DNA from: Octopus sinensis
Lineage: Eukaryota
Assembly (NCBI RefSeq): GCF_006345805.1
Contig: NC_042998.1
Location: 99,014,001-99,078,000 of the forward strand
Direction of reading: 5' to 3'
DNA: 64,000 nt
The position numbers were made by a program, and so were the translations under genes. The notes under the pieces are model-generated. The model ran no database searches. It saw only the letters and a list, made by a program, of their open reading frames with translations, and was not told the DNA's origin. Numbering within the stretch: position 1 is the stretch's first letter; each line of letters begins with the position of its first letter. Positions 25,731-38,440 of the stretch are shown here, piece by piece.

Positions 25731-28700
25731 CTTGATGTCTATTGCTGAAATACTTTTGATCATAGTCTGTTTGATTGAGCAAGGTTGTGCTGAGACTAAA
25801 CATTAACAAAAGGTTTCTCTCTCCTGTAAAAGTGTTGTCTGTATTTGGTGATATGTAAGACCTGTAGGAACATTTGTGTTCATAGTGCTAGTCACAACTT
25901 GCATTTTTCCTATTATTACTCCATTGACAAATATTCCTAACTATGCATAAATAAAAAAAAACAACTGACTCCATTTAGCTGTCTTACATAAAATATTTAT
26001 TCATTCATTGATAAAGGTTTTTATATATAAAAACTGATGGAGATATTTGGATCATTAGTAATTAGTTTAACAGAAAAATATGAGCTAAAGGAAATAACCC
26101 AGAGTGAATCACTAACAAAATAGTTAAGGGGTAATGCGTTAAATAATGAGGACAAGTTGGAAGTCAATTAGGTATTGTATAAAATGTTCTGCTCTCTCAG
26201 ATCTACATTCTAATCCTTCCAAGGTTGACTTTGCCTTTCATTCTTTTGGGGATCAACATAAAAGCAATCCATGGTGATGGATTAGCAAAACTGTTAGTGT
26301 CTGGATAGATGCCATACAGTATCTCTTTAGGTTGTTTGCAACATGAATGCAGTACCTGTGACAACACAGGTACTAAGCTGCAGCAGTCTTTTTCTTAAAA
26401 CAGTTGTTTAGAGAGGGAGGCTTGCAGACATAGGTAACTCCCAGATATTCTTTAAAAGCAAGAAATAAGCTGTGCTCTGACCTGACCATACAAGTGTAGA
26501 TATATGCTCAATCTCCTAACTGACATGCCCCAATTAGACTGAATGGTTTGTGCAAAGGTTCTAAAAAAACAGCATTTTGTGTAGGGAACCATACCCTGAA
26601 TGGAATGTAGGTTTTTCTACAAAAATTTCCTGAGTACAACCTTTGTGGCTGAGTTCTCAACAAAAGTTTCAAATCTTAAAGTTGAAACCATTCTGCCACT
26701 CCAACTGAAATTGCAAAACAGTCACCTTTATTTGTTTATTTATTTATTGGAACTAAAAATTTCTTTGCATGTCAATCTGTACATCAATCTTCAATTTGAT
26801 ATCCAAACTTACCAATGATCCATGTGAGTTATTTCTTTCAGCCCATTTTATTTTTTAATCATACATGTTACTACTGGGTTTAAATCTTCATAACTCTTGA
26901 GGTAAATCTTTTTCAACTAATCAAGCAGGCTCAAGTTAGGCTACACTTGGTGTCCAGTTATATAAAAACTTTGTCAGTAGCTGTCAGGTTTTCCCCTCTA
27001 TGTAACTTTATGAAATTGATTAATTTTTTTTCGAAATTGTTTCCTTTTTATCTGAGAGTCACTGAGATATTGCAAGACTTTTGATTTCTTTCTTCAACTC
27101 AAAGGGAAATTTCTTTATCATAGTTTTGTGTGTTTATGACGTTGAGGACATCAGTTTATCTTAATTCAAGTGGGCGAGTGGCATGAATTATTTCCCTTAG
27201 CTCTCCTACTGCTGATGGGTTTTTTTTCTTTTTGACCAAATATTCTTGTAATATCATCTTTGACTTCATCCCTTGTAACATTGTTTCTGGTTTGACCTGG
27301 ACCAGTATTACAGGACAAATATTCTTTTAATTTATTAAAATATTCTCTTACTATGTTAACTGTATGACTAAAGCTTTCAGATAACCAACTGCTAAACTTA
27401 CAGAAAGAGATTTGTTTCAGAATGTAATTAAAGCTAGTATGATGATGTTTCTGTATTATATATACCCTTGAATACATTATGTTAATGCAGCTGTTTATCT
27501 TTGTCTGGCTGCACCACCATTTTATAGTAACTAAGTAAATATAAAATGAACCACTTGGCACTTCATATTTCTCTGATTGCTTAATGGATGACAGTGGGAG
27601 GGGCTTTTTCACAGAGACATTTATGTGTAAATATCTTGTGTAATGTTTTGTTTATGAATTTGAGAAACAGCTGTTGCAAAGTAAATAAAACAGTAAATAT
27701 AAGTAGTAGTTGAACTACACTACTTCTTGCAGTTATTAATGGGAGAAACATTGACAGAGCCGAAGCTACTGTTGTTGTCAGGACCAGTTCTTTTTCCTTT
27801 TACTTCGAACAGCCGTAATTGCTGTCATCATGAACACTAAACATAACATCTCATATCTCACCTACCACCCCACTTATCAGGCTGTCTCTGTTGTTGATGT
27901 TACAGTGACTGACTTGGGTGGTCACTTCATCCATTTCTCTGTTTCTATGCTATTTTTCTTGCTTGTGCACTTTTCTTACTGGCTTGCTACTAGTTTTGTA
28001 AAGTTGTCAAGCAAGCAGGTAGTTGTTTGGCCAGGTAATATCACACAGCTTGTTTGTCGTGCTGGTCTCTTGGCAAGCTAGTGGTGTATAGTATAGCTAC
28101 CTGCATACCACTTACAATACAATTTTAAGCTTGCTTTAGGATCCTAACATAATGCTGAAAGAAAGGGTGGGGCACTAACTTCAATAGGACTTCCTATTTT
28201 GTTTTATTTTTCTTGATGATAATCTTTCAGAAGTTAGTTTATATAAGCAGTGTTGTACAGATTAGCCCTGGAGAAAATCTTATCTTGAAATGAATGACCC
28301 CAGTATTTTGTCATAATTTTTATGGAATGTTCTTTTCAAGTCACATTTAAAATTTTTACATTCTTCTTTATTATTCACTGTTGGCATTGTGAAATGGTGG
28401 TTGTGTTGCTAGTGGTGGTGGTGGTAACAAGGTGGCGTAGACATGAAATAGTTGCTAATTCAAATTAATCTGAATGCAGCTTCTCTCTCTCTCTTTCTCT
28501 CTCGCTCTCTCTCTCTCTCGCTCGCACGCGCGCACACACACACAAAAACTAAGTTTGTCAAGTGAGCAGATTCTGGAATGATATATAATCCCTAAATTAA
28601 TAAGGATTGACTGAAATTTAGGATTCACCTAATTTTCGGTGTTTTTATGTATTTTTGATTTTTCTCTCTCTATTCTTACTTGAGGGTAGTATCTTCATAT

Positions 28701-29041
28701 ATCTAACACTTCTACATCCCACAGTTTCAGCTCATTTTTATATTTGTCCAGACCACTTAACTTAACAACAATTCATTTCTGATTTGTAAGTTTATCGCTA
28801 CCACACAGACATATTTATGCTTGAGTTTGATAACCTGAATTACAAACGCATATCTAAATTATCTTAGTTATCTAAGTACAGTTGTTGACTGGAACAAAAG
28901 ACTTAAATATAGTTTGTAAGCCTGTTTACTGCACAAACACATTGTCACTTACATGCATACATACACTACACATTCACACACACACACAAATACGTACTTT
29001 CATACTCTATACAAAAGTGTGTTTGTGTGAAAAGTAGTTTG

Positions 29042-30013
29042 TGTAAGAACAACTGTGCGAAAGGAGAGGTGATGAATGAATGACTCCTTTAATACACTGC
29101 ACGGTCGCTTACAATAAAAGCAAAAATGGATAAATAAATGTGAGTGCCAGCAGGAAAATAAAAATGACACAACCATAGAATGTTTAAGAGAAGATTTTTT
29201 TTTAGGTGTTAATATGTGTGTGTGTCTGTGTGTGCGACATATGTACATATATAATAATAATAGACAGGCCGTCATGTATACATAATATGTATGTGTGTGA
29301 GATAAAATACAGAGCATTGAAAGAGTTTATAATAGGACGCTAGAAGAATGTTCGCACATAATGAAGATAAAATACCAGTTTGTAGTAAGGTATACAATAG
29401 TTGAAGGGCTGTAACAAGAAGTTGTGCCGAAGAAGCAGAGCCAGTTGAAGCACGTCGTGTAAGAAGTTGTGGCTACTATGCTGCTGCCGGTCACTTGATA
29501 CAGGAAGATCTTGCAGGTTGTATTTGCTGTTAACCTTGGTGACGTAATTCACAAACAGTGTGGAGATAGAACCTGGTGACGGTTGCTGCGTACTTAGAGA
29601 TGTGGTTGGCATCGTTAGGAAGATGGAGGCGATGGAGATGGAAGTTCTGTATGCTGCTGGACAAAGTATTGATGTTTCTCCATGTTGTTGCTGGTGTAGT
29701 CACTGGAACTGGTCAGTGGTTAGAAGGTCTAGAACCAAAGACTTCGACTCAGTGTTGGACTAGCTTTTTATAGGGACCAGTAGGCTCCAATGGAGATTTA
29801 GAAGACTGTATCACGGACCTTATCAGAAGGCTGAGATTGATTGGGTTGCACATTGGCACGTAATAGAGCAAGACAAACTGCACCAATACCAACCAATCAG
29901 AGTAGTGGACACAACAGGGTCCAAGCGTCCGAAGGCTAGCTGTTATCTGCTACCTCCATACTTATGCATATATAACAGAGAGAGAGAGAGAATTTCACTA
30001 AGCGTATGCTACA
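29042..30013 (-). mobile_element. LTR-like element A, copy 2
   Basis: Diverged paralog of 19561-20579 (shared accaataccaaccaatcagagtagtggacacaacag...aaggctagctgttatct, tttgctgtt, atagacaggcc). TATA ctataaaaag at 29764-29773 (minus). Starts TGTA, with a possible TACA end at 30013. Boundaries are approximate. Confidence 0.6.
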
Positions 30014-31452
30014 TATGCATAGTATGTGCACATCTCAAAGAACTGTATATTGAAACTGCATTAAACAATACATGTGCTCAACAATACAATGTATATCCTG
30101 GTTTCCTGGTTTAGAATAAGTACACCACATTTCTGTATCATCAGAAGCATCTGAAAGAATTGGCAACACAAAGGATATCCAGCTATGAAAAACCCATCTA
30201 ATCATGTCAGCAAGGAAAAGCTGTGTAAAACAATGTTAATGCATGTTGTTGGGGAAAATTGTACAAAATAACATTAAATATCTAAGGGGACAAAAACAAA
30301 AACACTACTAAAATTTAAATATCTTCAAATAACTAATGCATGTATGTATGCATTGTACAAGAGTAGCTGTGTAGTTAATTCTGCTTTGCAATCACATGGT
30401 TTCAGGTTCAGTCTCAACATGTGGCTCCTTCAGCAAGTGGTTTTTATAATCATCTGTGTGTGTGTGTGCATCTTATTTCAAATGCTTATAATTCAATCCA
30501 GCTAAAGAAACCTGAAAACCAGATGGTGGTTATGTTAAACTAGATGGTATATTAGACTTACATATATTGCTTTGTAAGTAGGAGATTCATCTTTTGCCTA
30601 AACAGAGTTAAGTAAAATTCGAAATGAACTGGGAAAAAGGTATCTATGGTGATGAATTAAAATCTCAAAGAAGTAAATACTTTTTGTGTAAATAAAAGAA
30701 AAGATGGCCACATACCTGTGTAATGGTTAACATGTCTGTCTAGCAAGAAAGGTGTGATTTAGTCACCATCAATGAAGACAACACATTCTTTCTCTCTAGA
30801 ATCATGTTGTCTACAAATGTATACCCAAAAATCTCAACCCATGGAAGAAAATACACAATACACACTATTTTATCTTGTGCTTGTTTCTGTCATTAGCATA
30901 TGGCCATGCTGGGACTCTGCCTTCAAATGATTTAGTTGAATAAATTGATTCCAGTACTTATTTTTAAAATTTGGTACTTATTATATTGATTTCATTGCCA
31001 AACCACTGTCAGTGATATAAACAAACCAACCCCTGTTGTCAAGTAGTGGGAGGGGAACAAGCACCCACATATACACAATGGACTTCCACACAGTTTCCAT
31101 CTATTAAATTTACTCACAGGACATTGATTGACCCAGGGCTATACTAGAACTGAACTGAACCCAAAGCTACATGGTTTCAAAACAGGCTCGTAAAATAGCT
31201 CAATGATCAATAGTTTGGATTTGAACAAATTTCTAGAGAATGTAAAATAATCACTTGGTGATTATTTCTAGATTTAAGAATTCTCTGAAATATGCCATTA
31301 AAGAAAAAGCGATCTGATTATTTTGAGACAAGAGGACTCATTTTCACCTCAATAGACACTCTGTTTTGTGTAGGATGTTGTTGAATATTAGTTGTGTGTG
31401 TGCGCAAAGCATTAAAAAGTGCTCAGTGTAGTCATTTCTCTTATCAGGCAGG

Positions 31453-31633
31453 TGCTGTAAGTATTCCAGGTAGACAGTATAGTGTTTGTCAAGTAAATTA
31501 TCTACAAATGTGTAGAAATATTTTAACAAAAAAAAAAAAAATTATATATATATAATATACACATTCATCGTTATCATCATAATTTTCTTTTTTCATGGTG
31601 ACATGGATTAGACTGGTCATTTTGTTTTACACT
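31453..31633 (+). repeat. ~180-bp local duplication, copy 1 (copy 2 at 32731-32910)
   Basis: tgctgtaagtattc.aggtagacagtatagtg...ggtcattttgttttacact is present twice with only a few substitutions. Confidence 0.9.
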
Positions 31634-32730
31634 TAGATGCCCTTCCTAACACAACCTTTTAGTTGCCTCTTACAACAGGCATTATTACCCTTTTATACAT
31701 TCATATGAAATAAAAATATATATATGGAGAGAAAGGTGCATCATCATCATCATGTTTACATTCACTTATCCATGCTGGAGTGGGTTGGACAAACTTCTTG
31801 ATGTAATGTTTTGCGATTGGATGCTTTTCTTAAAAGCACTTTTAATTACCTCTCTACTAAGACTATTAATCTTTTAATTACTTACATGAAATATACTGCC
31901 TCTAGAAATTAGTTCATATACCAGAAGCAAACATGAATTTCATGTATTAAATTTCTATTTTTTATAATTATTTCAAAATCATTTAGTTTTTATATGTAAT
32001 AATTGATATTTATAGTTTTAATCTATGTAAGGAGACCCTATTTTGCCTATCCAGAGGGTATGTGTTTCATATTTTTAGTACCTGTTGTTAAACCTATAAC
32101 ATGTTTTCATGTTGGTGTCATGATACTTGGACAGTGATCTTAAGAATTTTAGGCATGGGTACACTAGGCAGTTTTTCAGGGCCCCTCAGATTTGGGTGCC
32201 CAATTTTAATCTATGTATATGCTGTGGCTTATTGTCAATAAATAGTATAGAGCCTAATGCCTGGAACCCACAGTAACTGCATATTTATGTAAAAACAAGG
32301 CACAGATACTTAACATTGTGTGTGTAACTGGTAGAGTAATAACTGTTGGAATAAAAATAATGTTAATTAGACTGTGAAGGAAATAGAAATCCTGTCTCTG
32401 CTAATATATATGAACTCAATTTGTATATGTAAAAGCTTTGATTATTGCTACTTTCTGGATGATAAAATTACTCTTTCAATCTATATTTTCTCTGTGATCT
32501 TTTGCTGACCTTAAATTGAGAAAGGTTCAATGTAATGAGGTAGTCTTTGTGGGCAATGATCTATCTTAAGTTATGAAATTGATACATCAGAAGCTAGCTA
32601 TGTTGGTCCTGGGGTCTTTAACCCTGAGAAGTCTTGGTGGAAGTAATGTGTCAAAAGTTGTCATAAAATATCTCTCAACTCATTAATTCTTAATCCATGT
32701 CTTAATATCATTTGTATCATTGTCCTTTGA

Positions 32731-32910
32731 TGCTGTAAGTATTCTAGGTAGACAGTATAGTGTTTGTCAAGTAAATTATCTACAAATGTGTAGAAATATT
32801 TTAACAACAAAAAATAAATATTACATATATAATATACACATTCATTGTTATCATTATAATTTTCTTTTTTCATGGTGACATGGATTAGACTGGTCATTTT
32901 GTTTTACACT
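32731..32910 (+). repeat. ~180-bp local duplication, copy 2
   Basis: Direct repeat of 31453-31633; this is why the ORF track shows two near-identical minus-strand ORFs. Confidence 0.9.
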
Positions 32911-33859
32911 GATAAGAACAGGTGTCTTTTTCAATCCCAAAAGTTTATATATTACACATTTCCTCTGCCCAACAATAAGTTCCACAACCTTTGAAACTTT
33001 AAGTAGCACAGAATCTGAATCAAACTGTTTTGATTTATATATATATCCTTCTGCAGCTATTTATTTCTTTACAAGGTGCAGATATACTTTACCATAACTT
33101 GCGGTATTTGTATTTTTTAATTCTAACCTCCTTGTAACCATATTTTATTCATTAGCATATCAAATGTCATTCAAGAAAACCCATTGGCCTCCTATAGAAA
33201 GTTTCTTAATGCAATTTTACACTGATTTTTCTTTTCCATATTTTACAGTAACTAACTATCTAACTCTGCTAGATAGTGACTATGAACTCAAGTTCTTTAT
33301 CTCTGAAACTGATTACATTCCTAGCTCATATCCTTCCGAGGGCAACTTTTTCTTTCATTTTATTGAAATCAATAAAGAAAGTCAAGTACTGGAGTCAATT
33401 TGATATTTCTATAAAAGCAACTTAGATGTGAATGCAATTGTAATAGATTTTTTTCCTGACCCATATCCATACAGATATTATCTATTCTACTGCAATTCAA
33501 ACTAAATATTCAAGTAATTTTCTTCCTCTACAGGCAGGGATTCCTGCATTGACAGTCAACTATGTTCTTTCTCATTGATAAATAAAAACAAAGCAAAATC
33601 AGGAGAATTACTGATTAATAAACCTTCATATGTAGCTCAGTCATTGTGACAGTAAGGATTGGGAAATTCAATTGTGTTGTAGTTATTTTTATTTTATTCA
33701 TGAGCTGTTCTGAATTGATTGATATTCAGTATGCTGAACATGCAAATTTTTTGAATTCCTCCAAAGTTCAAGTTGTTGTTTAGTCCCAGGTCATCCCTGA
33801 TCAAACAAACTTAAAATATAAGGTGTTTCAGTCATAACCAGATGTGATTTAAAGATCCT

Positions 33860-34215
33860 CATCATTTAACATCTGTTGTCCATGCTGGTGAGAGTTGGAC
33901 AATTTGACCAGGGCTGGTAAGCTGAGGGGCTGCACCAGACTCCATTCTGATTTGGCATGGTTTCTATGGCCAGATGCCCTTCCTAACGCTAACCATTCCA
34001 AGAGCATAATGGGTACTTTTATGTGCCAGTTACGTGATACTAGTATTAGTCACATTGCCCAGTGCATAAATAGTGCTTTTTGCATACTGCTAGCACAAGT
34101 GGCTGTTCCATGGCACCAGCATCAGCCACATTGCCTCCATGAGGGCCAATGCTCAAATGGTGCTTTTTATGTTCCACTGGCACAGAGGCCAAGTTACTAT
34201 GTAAAAGTTCCTTGA
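33860..34215 (-). mobile_element. RTE LINE 3' tail
   Basis: catcatttaacatctgttgtccatgctgg...ggtttctatggccagatgcccttcctaacgc. Confidence 0.8.
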
Positions 34216-35256
34216 TGATAGTTGTCACCCAGCCTATTTTCCCTCTATTTAGATACAGATTATTTCTGTAGAACCATACAAAAATAAATTGGTCTAAAGA
34301 TGTTTTATTGTGTATAGATGTGTTTGTTTATACATGCCTAAACATAGTCTCTGTATGTGTATAAGCATGTATAAATGCAGACATACACAAGGTAGTGAAT
34401 TATCAGCCTTTAGAACATTGACTCTGTGCTCTTTGTTCAAATTCTGCCGAGATCACCTTTGCCTTTCATCCTTTCAAGATGGATAAAAAGAGTACCAATT
34501 CAGAGCAGTGGGTTTGAAAAACTGTTAATGCATCAAATGAAACACTTTGCAGTGGCTGTTAAAGCACTTGTGCCAAGCTATATCAGCCCTAAAGTGTTGA
34601 CCTTTTGCTTGGACAATGTACAGTGTCATAGAGAGGAAATATTTGCATGCACAGGCAACTGCCTGCCTTCCACACAAAAAGAAAGAAAAAAAACTTTGCT
34701 AGGCTTGTGTATTTTGGTGTAGATAACTGTTTTTATGCTTACAGTAATTTATAAAATTATTATTTTATATTTTATCAAAGTATTGAACTAAATGGCTTAA
34801 AGACATATATAATGATCCCTCCAAAATTACTCATTAGTTGCATTTATTCTTTTATGTGTTCCAGCTCTAAAGCTATGGCGATACTGGAGCACTGCTGGTA
34901 GAATTATCTTTAAACGCACACATATATTGTTATGTATGTGTATGTGTGTACATATATATGTATAAACATTCATGATTACATAGAAATCTTTGTTGACAGA
35001 GAAAAGCAAAAACTGGGAAAATGTTTAAGATCTAAAATAATGACTTATTGTGGAATGAATGAATTTGGCAGCAGTATGTCAACCACAAAAATTGTGTTAG
35101 TGCATACATGATAACTAATATCAAATGGGTATTATTCAAAAATGCAGTTTAGTAAAATGCTTTGTTTTTATGTCATTATATAATTTTTGCAGGTGATTAA
35201 TCTATAACAAATTAGGATTATTTTAATGTTGCTTGTTTTCATTTTGTTTTTTCTAG

Positions 35257-35598
35257 GCCTCTGTACTTGACAAGACTAGCAAAGGAGCCTGTCCTTTATG
35301 TCAACAATGGTATATGGTTGCGTATATTCTGGCAGAAAACAAACTTGCCAGTTTCAAAGTCATCACAGTACCTGACAGTAATCCCCCTAAAATTCTTCGA
35401 GAAAAAAGTTCTAGTGGCCTTTTTCCAGTTGTGATTGGTGTCACTGGTGCAACACAGGATGGTGCCTCTGTACAGGGATTGGTTGCTGACGAAAGTTGTG
35501 AACTTGAACAGTTCTTCCAGATGTTCAAGTGCCCATTACTGAAGATGGATTCTTCTGAGCAGATTGTTGCTCTTAACATATTTCTCGACCTCAATACA
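35257..35598 (+). CDS. CLIC: Chloride intracellular channel (CLIC) family protein, internal coding exon (GST N-terminal/thioredoxin-like domain)
   Basis: Acceptor ttttgttttttctag|GCC, donor ACA|gtaagt, 342 nt in phase 0. Translates ASVLDKTSKGACPLCQQWYMVAYILAE...FKVITV...PPK..., matching the CLIC pattern AS..D...GAC.FCQ..FM.L..LAE....KV.TV....PP. Confidence 0.9.
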
Positions 35599-38377
35599 GT
35601 AAGTTTGCAAATCTTGTTTTCTGCTGTTTCATATATATTTGTTGCCTAGAACTTTGAAGCAATTCCTTTCACATTTTGTTGCCTCACATAATTCTAATAA
35701 TTTGCAGTTATAGATATTTGGGGATATATTTAAAAGTATATCCCCAAATATCTATAAGTGCAAATAATCCTGCCACTTCAAATTAAATTGCAACATTGAA
35801 CTTCTATTGTGTACTACAACAAGTATACTTGTGCATAGCAGACATTTAGAGGGGAAGTCCATTTTCTGGTTCCAACAAAGAAACCTAACTTTTATGATAC
35901 AATCTTGGCTGTGTTGGCAATAATATTAAATGTGAATAGTTATGTGATATAATAAGCATTACTAATCTTTCCAGTTGACAAATTGTTCGTTATTTACAAG
36001 ACTGAGTTTAAATTCTGTTTTAGCCAATTTATCTTTTCTGTATTAGTCAAGATTTGAAGAGCTGGAATTCAGTGATATAGGCTCATCTCCTAAAACTGAG
36101 CCTATATCATTAAATCTGTTCCAGCTTAGTTAAGAATCATAGTTAGTCAATAGCTTTGTTGCTCTTACTATAAACAAATATGTTGAGAAAATAAGTAACC
36201 ACTGTAAACCTTAGGAATAATATAGTTGGGGATTTCCTAAGTTTGCAGTATTAAGTTAAGAACCTACCATGTGTATAACTGAAGAAATCTCTCTGTTAGA
36301 TTGGTCACCCCTCTCTATACGCAGGACATTCCTTCAGTAGTACACTGTGAGACAGTGGTCTTTTGGACTCCTGTTTTACCACAATGTTACTGAACATAAA
36401 CTCTGAACTATTGAGAGAATGAATACTGTACTACAATGTCTTTCATATTTATGAAAGATGAAAAGAATATTTACTGTGTATATGCTAGTCCTGTTAAATA
36501 TCAGTTATAAACTTGTGTTGAAATAATCAGCTTACAATGTGTATCTAAAGTCAAAAGAAGTTCAGAAAGATGAAATGTATTGAAATGATACAGCTTTCAA
36601 ATTGTCTGATGATATATGCCTCAAAACCTCTCCCAAACAAGAAAATCTTTGAACAATAATACTGCCAATAAAGACAATTGTACAATATCAAGTTTTTTAA
36701 TAGTGCTAACAATAAACCACTATGAACTTTTAAACAAGTGTAACCTTAGAAAAATGAAGGACAGCTCAGAATAATAAGGCCACAAGATATAGAAGATTCA
36801 TAAGTCAACAAGCATATCAAACATCAAACATATTTCCCTCAGCTGCTAAATAGATATCACTATGGCAGTAACATGCAATCTAACAATGTCAACAAGTATA
36901 CTTATTATAGAGCACGTACATACTCACTCATTAAATAAATGAAATAGCCACAACTTTACTTTATATATTAAATATCATTATGCCATGTAATGGAAGCAGG
37001 TTGATGTAACAAAGATTTCAATGTTTACAACAGTGTTCCACAACTGTGAATCCAAAGTTTGTTTTGAGAAGGTCATAAAGTATATTAAATTTTGTTTTTA
37101 ACTTTTTAGAAAAGAAGAAACATTGTTCTACATTTAGTTAAATTGGGAGGAGGCTAACATACATAATGTAGTGAGCAAAAAAATTAAAATTACTCCCATT
37201 CATCATCATCATTGTCATTTAACGTCCGCCTTCCATGCTGGCATGGATTGGACGGTTTGACAGAAGGTTGCACCAGGCTCTAATCTGATCATTGTAGAGA
37301 GAATTAGATTTTATAATTAATGTCAAGAGAGTAAAGGAGACAAGTCTAAAGTCCAATTTCAGCAACTAGATGGTGGGTATGTACTGTGGAGAGTGATCTT
37401 TGTCAAGTAGCATGACAATTTTGGATGTATTTCAGTCTAATTAAACCTTTTCAGTGAAGCATTATCTAATCCGTATTTACCAGATATTAGGTGACTGACA
37501 GATTAAACATGTCCAATATAAAATATTCACAGGTTAGGCAAATTTTTTAAACGGCACAATTTCCCCAGGATGCCTTCTGTAGAGGTACATATCTTCAAGA
37601 GGAGGTTTCATGTTATATACTAAGGTTACAACAGACATTATATGAAATCTTTTCATTTTAGAATAATTATACAGATTTAATAAGCAGAACACTATAATAT
37701 ATTGACAGATACTTATATTGTATTATAAGAAACTAAGAAAGAAATTCAATGATAAAAACAATAATTAATTTAAGATAATCATTCTACAATTTATCATTTA
37801 TTTTCTTTGCCTTACTTCCATTTAGTGTCAACAGGAAAAATTGTATTGATGCACCACTATCACAACTGTAATCATGGTGTAACTAATGATATGTATTAAA
37901 TTAATATAGTCTAATTAGTGAAGTAAGTGCTAACATACTTAAATGTGGCAAGCAAGGTTAATTTAATTACAAAACTATATCCATATTGAGGAGAGATATG
38001 AATAGTTTAAACAATGCTTTAACAAAACTATAAAATATATTCATGTGTGGGCTGTTGTTTTACTCAAAATGGAATATATTTTATTTAGCTATCTCTCCTC
38101 TCTTTTTCACATCTACCTCCTTTCTTTATTTACTTTTAAGTTCAAGCTGCACCTTAAATACAGCAAATGTTTTTAGCTGTGTTAGAGTGGTTTTAGTCTT
38201 AAGGATTGTGTTGTCTTGAATTGACCCACTATAGGATAATCTGTTTCTGACAGCTATTGTCTGTAATGTCTCTTATCTTCATACTTGACTGTGTTGCTTG
38301 ACAGTTTATGGTGTTAATCTTAGTATTAAATTTCAAACATAGAGTTGGTGAGAGACAGGAGTGCTGAGTGTTGTAAG

Positions 38378-38384
<7 letters not shown>

Positions 38385-38438
<54 letters not shown>
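38385..38438. repeat. (TG)n/(TA)n microsatellite
   Basis: Read directly. Confidence 0.95.

Positions 38439-38440
<2 letters not shown>

Noticed and set aside
27830-28081. 83-aa ORF as CLIC exon 1
   Set aside because: No ELxxK-like ending at a GT donor in the phase needed to join 35257, and no similarity to CLIC N-termini.
33164-33403. 79-aa + strand ORF with ordinary composition
   Set aside because: No recognisable motif, no convincing splice context, and the length is within chance expectation.
35599-35649. ORF-track extension VSLQILFSAVSYIFVA as CLIC coding sequence
   Set aside because: It is read-through of the gtaagt donor at 35599; homology continues in the 41704 exon.
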